A DNA stretch of 62,199 nucleotides, the filler included, from Rhizaria sp. SCN 62-66 (lineage: Eukaryota): NCBI GenBank assembly GCA_001724265.1. It is 2 parts of 2 records of this genome, joined end to end, with 100 filler letters (N's around TTAATTAATTAA, not from the genome) between each part and the next. Parts side by side here need not be neighbours in the genome. Positions count along the whole stretch, not along the records: positions 1 to 31,314 come from MEDY01000359.1; 1 more part is not named here. One strand, written 5' to 3'. The notes beneath the pieces are model-generated. The model did not search any database, was not told the origin of the DNA, and was given only the letters and a program-made list of their open reading frames with translations. Shown here one piece after another: positions 1 through 11,400 of this stretch. A program made the position numbers and the translations under genes. How positions within the stretch are numbered: the first letter of the stretch is position 1; each line of letters starts with the position of its first letter.

Positions 1-2923
1 GACCCCGCCGCCAGCGCCCGCGCCAGGGACGCCGGCTGCTGGCGCGAGGGCGGCGGCGGTGGCGGCGGGCGCGATGCCCGCGGCCGCGGCGGCGACGGCG
101 GCCACGCGCGCGCGCGCAAGGGCGAAGCGGGCCCTGGGGTCGCCGGTCAGGCTGACCTGGAGACCCGAGTTCGCGTCACCGTTGCCGTTGCCGTTGGCGA
201 TCGCAGGGGTATCATTCTCGTTGTTAGCATTGTTGGCGTTGGCCGCGTTGACAGCGGCATTGTACGCGTTGGCGCGGCGCTCGCGGACCGCGGCCGAAAT
301 GGCGTCGGACAGCGCGGCGAAGGGGTCACGTGTTCCAACCCCAGCAGCGCCAGGAGTACCAGGAGTACCAGAAGCACTGGGGGCGTCTACGGCGGCCTGC
401 GCAAAGCCCGTGCCCAGCATGGCGAGTGGCACGGCCATGGGCCCGGAGGGGGTCAGGAACACGGCAGTGCCAACGCCAGCGCCAGCGCCAGTGCCAGCGC
501 CAGCGCCTGCGTTGTTCGCAGCGGCGGCAGTGTCGACGCCGGAGCTCGCGCTGGCGTTGGCGTTGCCTGCAGGGGCGCCACCGCCCTCCTCCTCTTCCTC
601 CGCAGCAGCAGCAGCAACCTCCGCAGCAGCCTCAGAAGTAGTACCAGCGTTCGCGGCCGTGTTCGAACCTGCATCAGCTTCAGCCTCCTCAGCCGCCTCA
701 ACGGCCTCGGCCGCGTCGGCGTCGTCGGCGGCGGCAGCCAACAGGCGCACCGCCGCCGCCGCCGACAGAGCGACTGCGATCGCTGCGCCCCGGCCACGCT
801 CGCGCGCCTGCGTCTGCGCCTGGACCCGCGCGCGCGCGCGCTCCGAGGCCTGGACGCGGGCCAGCGCCAGCGCGGTCTCGAAGTTCGCGATCGCGTCGCT
901 CGCCACCATCGCACCGCCACGCGCGTTCGCGGCCGCGTTGCGATTAGCGTTATCAGCGTTCGCGATGGCGTTGGTGTTGCTGGCGCGAGCGCGAGCGCGA
1001 CCGCGAGTGCCGCTGGAGATTGTGCCTGTGCTGCTCGCGCTGCTTGTGCTGCTCGCGCTGCGAGCTGCGGTGTTTCCACTGCTGGGGTTGATCGCGGCGT
1101 CGACGTCGTTTACCCACTGCCCGACCGCGTCCTCGTCCTCGTCCTCGACGGCAGCGTCGTAGCCGTCTCCTTCGTCGCCCTCACCGAAGTCGCCTTCGTC
1201 GTGATCGCCCTCGTAGCCGTCGTCGGCGGCGTCCTCTTCGGTGTAGTATCCAGAGTCGGAGTCGTTGTCACCGCCAGCGTGGTCGTCGTCAGCATCCGCA
1301 CCGTCCTCGTCCTCATCCTCATCCTCGTCGTCGTCGCCGTCACCGTCGCCGCCGTCGTTGTCGTCGTCGTCGTCGTGGTCAGCGTCAACGCCGTCCTCAG
1401 CAGCGTCATCGTCCTCGACGTCGTCGTCGTCGTCGTCGCTGCCGTCGCGGCGCCCGCGCCCGCTGCCGTTAGCGTCCGAACCGGTGCTGTCGCCTTCTTC
1501 GCTCTCGCTCGTGCTCACCGCGACGTCGACGAACGCCGCGGCGCGCGTGTCGCTGAAAGGATTACTCCACTCCTCCAGGCGACGCGTCTTCTTCGCAGCC
1601 GCCGCAGCCGCCGCAGCCGCCGCAGCCGCAGTGCCAGGGCCTGAACATGAGCCTGAGCCAGAGGCTGAGGCTGAGGAGCTAGCTTTAGACAACGGACGAC
1701 TCGTCAGCGAACGAGGACCCCGGTTTTGACTCTGGCTTTGACTCTGACTCTGACGGCGACGGCCTCGACTAGCGCCCGCACTCGCGCTCGCGGTCTTAGC
1801 GCCAGCGCTCTTGTCAGCGGCGGTATGCGCAGCGGCAGTCCTGGTCGCCTTCGTCGTCGTGACAGCAGCCTCCGCAGCACCAGGGGCAGCGGCAGCGAGC
1901 GAGCTCGACTCTCTCCCGCCGCCACCGCCGCCTCCGCTAACAGTCGGCACAATCGCACTCCGACTGACACTAGGATTCGCAGGCGCATTCGAGCCAGCGT
2001 TGTTAGCGTGATGAGAGTTCTGAGCGTTCGTGTTAATGTGCGCCGCGCGCATGGCGTCCCTGTTGTTGGCCTGAACGTATTTGCGCAGCAGCGCCCTGTT
2101 GTAGGCCTTGACAGCGCGCCGCTCGCGCCGCTGGCGCCCCAGCAGCAGCCGCCCCCCGTCGAGCACGCTCGCGCCCGCCTCGAGCAGCTCGAGCGCGATG
2201 TCGACGCGCATCTCGCCCGTCGGCTGCACGGCCCCGCACAGCCCGCCGACGTGCGCGCCCGCGAGCGCGGGGTGCAGCGCGAGCATCAGCGGCGTGTTGC
2301 CGTCACAGTCCCGCGCGTTGGGGTCCGCGCCGCGCCCGCGCAGCAGCGCAGAGACCACCACGGCGTCGTTGGCCGCCACCGCGAAGTGAAGCGGGAAGGC
2401 AACGTCTCTGGCGGGCCAGGCGCCCCAATCGCCACCGCGGCCTTCACTGGGGCCGGATGACGCGGCGCCGCGCGCGGCCGCGGCGTGGCTGATCGCCAGC
2501 TGCCGCTGCAACGCGCGCGGGACGCCCCGCTGCGGCAGCGCCACGCGCGCGCCGCGCTCGACCAGCACCTCGGCAACCCACGCGGCCGCGGCGCCGTGCG
2601 CGGCGTGTGGATCGGCCCAGCCGCCGCCGACCGCGCGCAGCGGCGCCGCGGCCGTCAGTCGCAGCAGGGCGCCGAGCACAAGCGTCGAGTCCATGCTCGT
2701 GTCGGCGGCGCCCGCGCGCAGCAGGGCGAGCGCGGTAGGCAGATCGCGCAGGGCCACCGCGTGCGCGAGCGGCGAGTGACGCGGCAGCGGCCAGCGCGGG
2801 GGCCGCTGCGGGACGCGCAGGAGCCGGTGCAGCGAGACGGCGGCGCTGAGGGCGATCACGCGCTGGGCACGCATCACACCTGCGTTGGCAATCGCGCCTG
2901 CGTTAGTGTTGGCGAGGACGACG

Positions 2924-2959
<36 letters not shown>

Positions 2960-5900
2960 GTGACAGTGTCCTTGCCCTTGTGGGAATGTAAGTGGTCGAG
3001 CAGAGGGGTAAGGGTGGGCTGCTGCGAGTAAGGGGTGGAAACACCGCCTTCGCCGAGAACGTCTAAGGGGCGGCCTAACTTCCCGGTGTGCATCCCCACA
3101 AGACTGGAGCTACTGGAGGACAGAGAGGCGGAGCCTCCACTGCGAGCATCGCGACCGCTGACGACAGGTGCGGCGGTGGTAGCAACACCGCGGCGAAGCG
3201 TGGCCAACAGGGCCAGCTCGCTGGAGGAGGCGCCGGCCCGCACGAGCGCCTCAGTGCGCCTGCGCTCCTCCGCGTCCGCGGCAGCAGCCCTGGCATTCGC
3301 ACTCGAAGAGTTAGAGTGAGGGTCAGTCTCGTCGATGTTGCTGACTGGAGAGGCCTTGGTGGCGTTGTTGCGAATCTCATTCAGAATCGCAACGTCATCA
3401 CTCGCGCTTGAGCTTGAACCTAACGCGATCGAGCTCAAGCCTATGGTCGCATCGCTGCCCTGCTGCTGCTGCTGCTGCTGTTGCTGCTGCAGCTGTTGCA
3501 TCATGGCTAGCGCCCGCGCTTCGAGCTCCGCCGCCGTGCGCCGCGCGGCCTCGGCCCCCAGCAGCGCCGCGTCCGCGAGGCGCGCGCCGCGGGTGAACAG
3601 CCACGGGAGCGCGGCGCGCGCGCGGGCCAGACGGTGAAGGTCGCGCCGCGTCTCGGGCAGGCTCAGGCTGTAGCCGCAGATGGATTCGGTCGAGATCAGG
3701 CCGCCGCCCAGCACGCTGCTGCCGCTGTGAGAATCGCCGCTGTCGCGCGCTCTGAGAGAGGAGTGACCGCGGGCGCCGCCTGAGTGACCATGAGCAGCGC
3801 CTGCGGCGGCGGCGATGGCGGCGGCGGCCGAGTGGCTCCGGCCCGAGTAGCGGCCGAGAGTGCGCACCGTGACCGCGCCCACGCCCACGCCCAAATCGCT
3901 CGCGCCAACAAACCGCGGCGGCGGCGACGGCGGCAGCGGCGGACTACCCCCGTCGTTGATGTTGCTGACAGGGGGATCAGAGCTAGAGTCAACGCTGGCG
4001 TTATCCCTACTGCTGCTGCTGCTTTGATTGCTGGTAGCCGCATTGTTGTTATTGTCGTTGTTACTGGTGAAATTGACGAAGCGCGGCGTCAGCGTGGCGA
4101 CCGTGTGCCTGCCCTGCCCTTCCGCCGCCGCGGCCGCGGCCGTGACCGTCAGGATGCCCGCCAGCACAGTCCACCCGCGCTTCACGGCCTGCGACATCAG
4201 CGATTCGCGCTCCATCGTGGGCGCCAGTTGGACGTAGCCCAGACGGCGCCGGCGGACGCGCTCGCTCCGGCGCATGCGGGCCAAGCGGCGCGCCGCGCGC
4301 GAGTGCGCCGCCGCCGTCACACCAGCCGCGGTCACACCAGCCGCTGTCGCAGCCGAGGCAGCGGCGGCGGCGGCGGCGGCGGAGTGACCGTGGGCGGCGG
4401 AGTGACCGTGGGGGCGACCGTGGGCAGGGGCAGCAGCGCCAGCGCCATTAGCGTCGGCAGCGTCGTCAGCGCCGACGGAGCGGCGGCGCGCACTATCGGC
4501 GGCGGAGGAGGAAGAGATGAAGTATCGCGCGCGCTCGGTGTCGGTGTTGTTGTCGGTGCTGGTGTAGTCGGACGCGGAGTCGAAGATGGACGACACGGAC
4601 GACAGGCCCTCCTCGGACTCGAGCTCGTACACAGCGGCGCCGGTCGTACTCGCGCTGCCGCTGTTAGTCCCGTTCGCGTCCGCGTTCTAAGCGCCGATAA
4701 CGTCGCGAGCGCGACTGCGAGCGCGAGGGCTTGACTCGGCGGTGCTGCCGCCAGTCGAGCTGGCCGCAGTTGTCACAGTTTTGCCATGCGCAACAGCAAC
4801 AGCAGCAGCAGCAGCAGCGGTGCTAGCAGCAAGACTGTTACTGGTCGTCAAGCTCGCACTCGAGTGCGCCTGCGACTGCGAACGAGCCGCCGCCGCCAGC
4901 GCGAGCGACGCAGCGGTGGCAGCGAGCCTCTGAGCCTTGGCGGCCTCGCGCGCTGCGACAGTCCCACGGTCACCCAGCTCAAGCGCGACGGTCTGCGCAG
5001 GGGTCAGGTACCTTCGCCCGCCGAGCCGCTGCTGTCGTTGCTGCTGCCGCTGCCACTTCCTCTCCCGCTCCCGCTGCCACTCCCGATGCCGCTGCCGGAG
5101 CTGCTGCTGCAGCTGCCACCGCGGAAGCTCGCCGCCGCCGCCGTTGCCGTTGCCGTTGCCAGCAGCGGCAGCCGCCTCGTCTTCCTCTGGGTCGGCGTTG
5201 GCCAATTCGTCATCATCATCATCATCATCGTCCTCGTCATCATCGTCGTTGTCGCCGCCGCCATGAGCATCGTCGTCGTCAGCTTCTGCGTCGTGCTCAA
5301 TGGCATCCTCCTCGTTGTCGTCGTCGTCATTGTTATTGTTGCCATCGTCATCAGCAGCAGCAGCAGCAGCAGCAACAACAACAACGGCGGCGTCAGTGGC
5401 GTCAGTGGCGTTGTCCTGCCCCGGCTCGGCTTTGCTCTTGGCCTTCGCGTGGCGACTGCTGCCGAGATGCTTCCTGCGCCGGTGCCGCGCGGGCTCAAAC
5501 GCGGCTACGTCAGCGCCGGCCTGCACCAGCTCCACCGCGATCGCCTCCGCGACGCTTCCGCCGCCGAGCCAGGCCCCGCCGCGCGCGCCGCCGCCCTGGC
5601 CGAGCGTCCATGACGCCGCCGTCGAAGCCGCCGCCGCGGCGCGCGCGAGCACTGGCTCAGCGGAGTCGTCTCCGGCGACGGCGTCGGTAAGCATGAGCGT
5701 GCGGCGCGAGGGCGGGCCAAACGCTGTGGGCGACCAGTGGCCCAGCGCGGCGGGCAGCGACTCGCGGAGCAGGAGCGCGAGGGCGGGGGTGGGGTCGGCG
5801 CCTGCGTCGAGCAGTTGGGTCACCAGCGCGAAGTCCAACGCCGCGGCTGCGATGGAGAGCAGGCGCGTGGCGAGGTCGGGCGGGAGAGCGAAGGCGTCGG

Positions 5901-7833
5901 CGAGCAGGCGGCGGTGGAAGAGCGCCACGGACCGAGGCGGGTGAGTCGAGTGGTCGAGGCGGCAGGTCGCGCAGGCAGGCCCGGGGTACAGGTCGGCGCC
6001 GGCGCCGGAGCCGGAGTCATCAGAGTCGCTGGAACTGCTAGAACTTGAACTTGAACTAGAACTGGAACTAGAGTTGGAGCTCGAGCTGGAGCTAGAGCTG
6101 CTTGAGCTAGAGCTAGAACTGCTAGAGCTAGAACTGCTCGAGCTAGAGCTGTGGGTCTGCTTGAAGAGGAGATCGATGTCGTCTGCGGCTGTGGCGGCAG
6201 GATTGCTGTCGCAGATAGCAGAGCCCGCGTTGATGTCCCTTCCGCTCGCGTCAGCAGCAGCAGCAGCAGAGACTGAGACTGAGTCAGAGACTGAGTCAAC
6301 AGCAGTCACAGAGTCAGCTGCAGCAGAGCCCGACTCGGACTCAGGAGCAGCGGCTGGGACCGAGAAGGGGGCGTAGGGTGACGGCGACGGTGACAGAGCC
6401 TCGTCCTCGGGATTCATTGCGACACGACCACGTTCACGGTCACCAGCGGCCTTGTTACCACTGCCGCTGACGCTGCTCACGGTCAGTTGGCCACCGCTGA
6501 GACTGCTGCTGCTGTTGCTGATGCTGTTGTTGCCGCCGTCATCGCTCGCGGTCACCGGGCTCCCGTCGCTGCCCGCATCAGCACTCGCGTTCGCGCGACT
6601 GCTGGCGCCCCCGTCGTCGTGACCAAGACGGTGACCGTCGTCGTGACTGGGACTGAGACTGGGACCGCTACTGCTCGGCAGTGTGGCCAAGAGGGCCTGG
6701 CTCCGCGCCGCGGCCTCCTTCGCCGCCGCGACCGCCGCCCTGGCCTTCGCGCCGGCCTCGCCCCGCTCCCTGGCGGCTTCGGCGCGCTCTGCGGCGCTCT
6801 CGTCCTCCAGCTGCTGCATGAGCAGCGGGAGACGCAGAGCCTCGCGGCCGCGGCGGAACTGCAGCAGCTCGTGCGCCGCGTCTAGCTTGCCGTGGTCCAT
6901 CGCCGTGTAGATCAGCGCGAACAGCCGCGCCTGCCGCTCGCGTCGCCGGTCCTCGAGCTGCTGCTCACCCAGCCCTGCCGCGCGGTTGTTGTTACCTGCC
7001 CTGTCGGCGACGCCGCCGCCGCCCGGGACCGCGCCCGACTGCAGCGCAAAGCGCAGCGCTTGGGTGGTGTAGCGGTTGACCGTGAGGCAGTACGACAGCA
7101 GGTCCTCGGGGGACTCGCAAAGCAGCGTTGGGTCCGCCCCCGCGAGCAGCAGCTCGCGCATGATGTGGGGGGAGCCACGCCGCGCGGCCCAGAACAGCGG
7201 CGCCAACCGCGTCCCGTTGGCGGCCGCGTGGGGCGAGTTGTTGTGGACGAGGTTCAGCGCGCCGGGGTCTGCGTGGATGAGGTGGCGGATCGTGGTGAGC
7301 GACGCGTTCTGCACGGCGTCGATGAGCGGCAGCCGGCCGCGGCGGTCCTGCAGCCGCGTGTCCGCCCCCGCGGAGAGCAGTAGCGCGACCAGCTCGGGGT
7401 GGGACTGCCACGCCGCCCAGTGCAGCGGCGTGCAGTTGTCGACGTCGAGCGCGTGGACGTCCGCGCCCAGCATCAGCAGCTCGCGCGCCAGGGTCAAGTG
7501 CCCGTGGCGCGCCGAGTCGAGCAGCGCGAGGTCGAGCGCGCGCGTGAAGGCCGGCGAGGCCCACACGGCAAGCGAGGGGTGTGCGCCGCGGAGCAGGCGC
7601 AGCTGGCGCGCGTCGAAGGTCAAGCCGCCGGAGCGCAGGGCCTCGGCGTGTGACAACGCGAGCTCGTCCAGAGACACCGCGGGCTCGGGCTCCGGCACGG
7701 GCTGCGGGGCCGGGGCCGACGACGACGCAGCAGCAGCGGCAGCAGCAAACGGCAGCGGCGGCAGCGGCGGCAGCGGGGGGCCTGCGCCGGGGAACGGCGG
7801 CGGCGGGGGAGCGGGAGGGCCGTTAGGGAACAT
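1..7833 (-). CDS. Very large ankyrin-repeat protein (>2,600 aa, 3' end beyond the window edge), reading through an in-frame TAG at 4687-4689
   Basis: ATG at 7833. The N-terminal part has ankyrin repeats (LLMLGADVHALDVDNCTPLHWAAWQSHPELVALLLSAGADTRLQDRRGRLPL). Past the TAG the same frame appears open to position 1 (spot-checked; the ORF track shows no stop-terminated ORF in that frame). It encodes another ankyrin repeat at ~2400-2250 (FPLHFAVAANDAVVVSALLRGRGADPNARDCDGNTPLML) with unchanged codon style. Poly-S/D/N/Q/A tracts throughout. Confidence 0.8.
2923..2958 (-). repeat. (AAC)12 microsatellite encoding poly-Asn
   Basis: Perfect (gtt)n run on the + strand, in frame with the minus-strand ankyrin gene. 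Confidence 0.85.
6031..6150 (-). repeat. Poly-serine tract built from degenerate hexanucleotide repeats with alternating AGY/TCN codons
   Basis: The + strand reads (gaacta/gagcta/gaactt)n, giving about 40 Ser in the ankyrin gene. Confidence 0.8.
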
Positions 7834-8406
7834 GTTGGGTGCGTTGTCGTTGCTGCAGAGTGACTAATCTAAGGGAGGCCTGTTTGTTCAGACCGACTTC
7901 AGGCGGTTGGCGCGAAGGCTACTGAGAGGCGACTGGTCGTAAACAGCGCTTGAAGGGCGTTAATAGAAGTGATCTCGCTGCGAGTCGTGCGGCTTCTGTT
8001 ACGGATGCAAGGATGAGCAAGGCGGCGCGATGATTTGGGGTATAGGGGTTAGTCGGTGAGTGAGCCAGAAAGAAAGGGCGATGCAATTGGGGCAACATGA
8101 CGTGGGCCATCGAATGGGAAAGAAAAGATAGAACTGCACTAAAAACAAGCTCTTATTCAATCTAGAGTCTGGAAATCTTTGTGGACAGAAGGGAGCGCGC
8201 GCCTGCTACCCGTTTCGAAGCTTGGCAGATCGCCGCCTCAGCTCCCATGTTGCCACCACAACCAGGCAGCAAGACGGCTGGCTGCCGGTTGAGCGCGATT
8301 TGTGGTGGGAATCAAAATATCTTGAAATTCAGCGTATGACCGAGTGTTTTGAGATAATAAATGTATTTCTAAGTTAAATAAAACTAAACTATATAGATTT
8401 CTGGAA

Positions 8407-11400
8407 TTAAAAATCCGCCCTGCTCTGCTTCTGCTGCGCGAGGAAGTCCACAAACGCCAGCTTCCCTCCACTGCTACTGGCTATCGCATTGTCACGGTTC
8501 GCATCAGCGTCAGCGTCGGCTGGGACGAGCGTAATAGGGATACTGTGGGGGCGTCCTTCGCGGTCCAACAGCTCCTCGTACCCGCTCCGCACCCTCCTGA
8601 TGCTCTCATTCCCAACCTGAAGCGACAGCAACGCCGACGGATCTTGCTCAGCTTGCCCGGTCTCGCCGTTGCCGTAGCTCTCCACTGCGGGCGCCACGCC
8701 GGCTCCAGGAGGAATTGTCTCGGCCTCTACTTCAGCGCGCCACTGCCGCACGCTCGCTTCGACCAGCGCCTGCCAGCGGCGCGCTTCCCCGGCGAACCTC
8801 CCCGCGAAAACCCCCGCCTCGTTACTTTGGCCGAACTGACCGTTGTTGTTGCTCACCTGCGCAGCCATGACGAGCGCGGTGTCGATGAACACGGCGCTGC
8901 CGTGCATGAGCGCGTCGGCCAAGTGCTCCCCCGCGGCCGTAATGCGCCGCACCGCCATCGCCGCCGCGGCGCGGTACGCGGCGCGCATCGACGCCAGCGC
9001 CGAGTCCACGGCCTTGAGCCGGGACTGCGCGGCCGCGGCTGAGGACTCGTGCCGCAGACACTGCTTCGAAAGCTCCTCCACGGTCGCCAGCGCCGCGTGC
9101 AGCACTGCTGAGTCAGCAGCAGAGTCGCCGCTGCCGCCGGTGTTGCCGCTGCTGTTGTTGTTGTTGGACTTAGACTTGCCGTTGAATCGAGAGGTTGAGC
9201 GGAAGCTGGCGTTGCCGGCAGCGAAGTTGCTACTAGAGCCGCTACCACCGTTGCCACTGCGGTTATGACCGCCACGGGCATTGTTGTTGAAGAGAGAGCC
9301 AGAGGCAGTGCCGGGGCCATAAAGGTCGTTTTCGTTGCTCTTTTGCCCAGAGCGCCACTCGCGCCCGTCTAAGGGAGTACTTAGACCGGCCTCGGCGGCC
9401 GCCGCTGTGGTGAGCGAGCGGTCCAGCGCGCGGCGCGTGGCCGGCGACCGCGCGGAGACGATGTGGTAGCGCGGGATGGCGACGCCGGAGGGGCCCTCGG
9501 TGACGATGGTGCGGTCGAAGCTGTCGGGGTGAACAGCAGCCGAGTGACCGTGAGCAGCGGCAGCAAGGGGGTAACCGGTGAGGTTACCATGGCTCACTGT
9601 CACCTCGCCGAATGCAGCAGTCTTGTTATTATTATCGCCACTATTGTCGCCGTCTGCGTTGTTGGCGTTGTTGCCGTCGCCGTTGCCGTTGCTGTTTGTG
9701 ATGGGAATGAGACGCGTCGCCGGGCCTGAGCGTGACGCGCACAGCGCCCCACCACTTAGACCGCCGCACGGGGTACTCAGACTCAGCCCTCCAGCGCAGT
9801 CGCAGCCGCCGCCACAAACACCACCACGTGACCGCGACCGAGACCGTGAGCGGGAGTGAGCGAGACAGCCGCCGTGGCGGCTGTTAAGCCTGTGCTGCCG
9901 CTCTTTGAGCAGCCGCGCGCGGAGCCGGACGGCGCGGCACCACCCGCAGCGGCAGCCCTCCGTAGCGCCGGCTCCCGCGGCGCCGCAGCCGGCGGCCACG
10001 GCGGTCGGGAGCCCCAGCAGCGCCGCCGCGCGCGGGTGGCCGGCCGCGGCGGCGTTGCGGCTGTGCAGGCCGGTCAGGGGCGCGTTGTAGCTCAGCGGCA
10101 TGGAGTCACCCCCGTTGGGAGCGGCATCGGAGCTGTTGTAGTCGCCGTCGTCTTCGTCGTCCTCGTTACCATCGCTGTCGCCGTCGCCGGCGTCGCCATT
10201 GTTGCGGCCGAACTGCCGTTGACCGCGATGATGCTGCTGCTGTTGTTCTGACAGCATCGCCAGGCGCACCGTCGCGCACCGCGGCTCCAGCTGCCGGACC
10301 ACCGCGGCGGCCGGAGTTGCGTAGCTCGCCTTGCGCGCCAGCGTCGCCAGCTCGGCGCGGTGCGCACGGCGCTCCCCGGCCACCGTCTGGTCGATCTTGC
10401 TCTTCCAGAGGCTGTTGGCGGTGTCGATGAGCAGGCGCGCCGACGCCGCGGCAGCGACGGCGCTGTTGACGGAACTCGCGCTCGCGCTCGGGCCAGAGGA
10501 AGCGTTTGCGCCGCTGTTAGCGATGCTACTAGCGTTGTTGTTGTTGTTGTTCGTGCGGGAGCGGGCGATGCTTGTGATAAGCTGCTTGAACAGGGACGCG
10601 GCGCCGGTCGGCACCCAGGCTGGGAATGCGCGCGCACACAGCGCGGCGGCGTTGATCGCGTCGGTCTGAGAAGCGGCCGCCAAGTCGGCGGAGGAGCTAC
10701 TATGGGAGAGGCGGGGGCGCGATGGGGGCGCGGTGCGGGGGCGCGCGTATGAAGGGGCGGCCAGACTGCTCACAGTCACCTTGCCGCCGCTGCCAGTCGA
10801 CTTACTTGCAGTTCTCGCAGCAGCAGCAGCAGCAGCAGCAGTGTTCGTCTTGTTGCTCGACTTTGCAGCGGACTTTGACTGTGATTCAAGCTGCTGCCGC
10901 TGCTTCTGCACAGTCGCGTTGGCTGCGTCCAACTACGCTTGTAGCTGCGCAATCTGCTCTTGCTGCTGCAAGAGCACGGTGATGTGCGACTGCAGCCACA
11001 GGCCGCGGTGCTGGATCTGCGCGATGTTGTGTTCAAGAACTTGAAGCTGCTTGACGTATTCATCGCGCAACACGCGCGCGTTGTGATAGACTTCGCTCTC
11101 GTCCCCCTCCAAGTAGCCAGCGCTCGTGTTTGGCCGGTCGCCGAGCCGCGCTGCTCCTGCTTCTGCCGTTGACGTTGAAGTTGAAGTTGAAGTTGCGGCA
11201 CTGGTGCGCTGCTCAAAGTCTTGACCTTGATCCTGATTATCACGTTCTTCTTGGTCAGACTCGACTTGCTCCTGCTGCTCCTGTTGCTTCTGCTGCTGTT
11301 GTTGCTGCTGCTGCTGGCAGTCGCTCTCGACGGTGGCGATGCCGTGCGAAAGCTTGTCGAAGCCGTCGCGCACGCGCGCGTGCTCGCGCAGCACCCGGTG

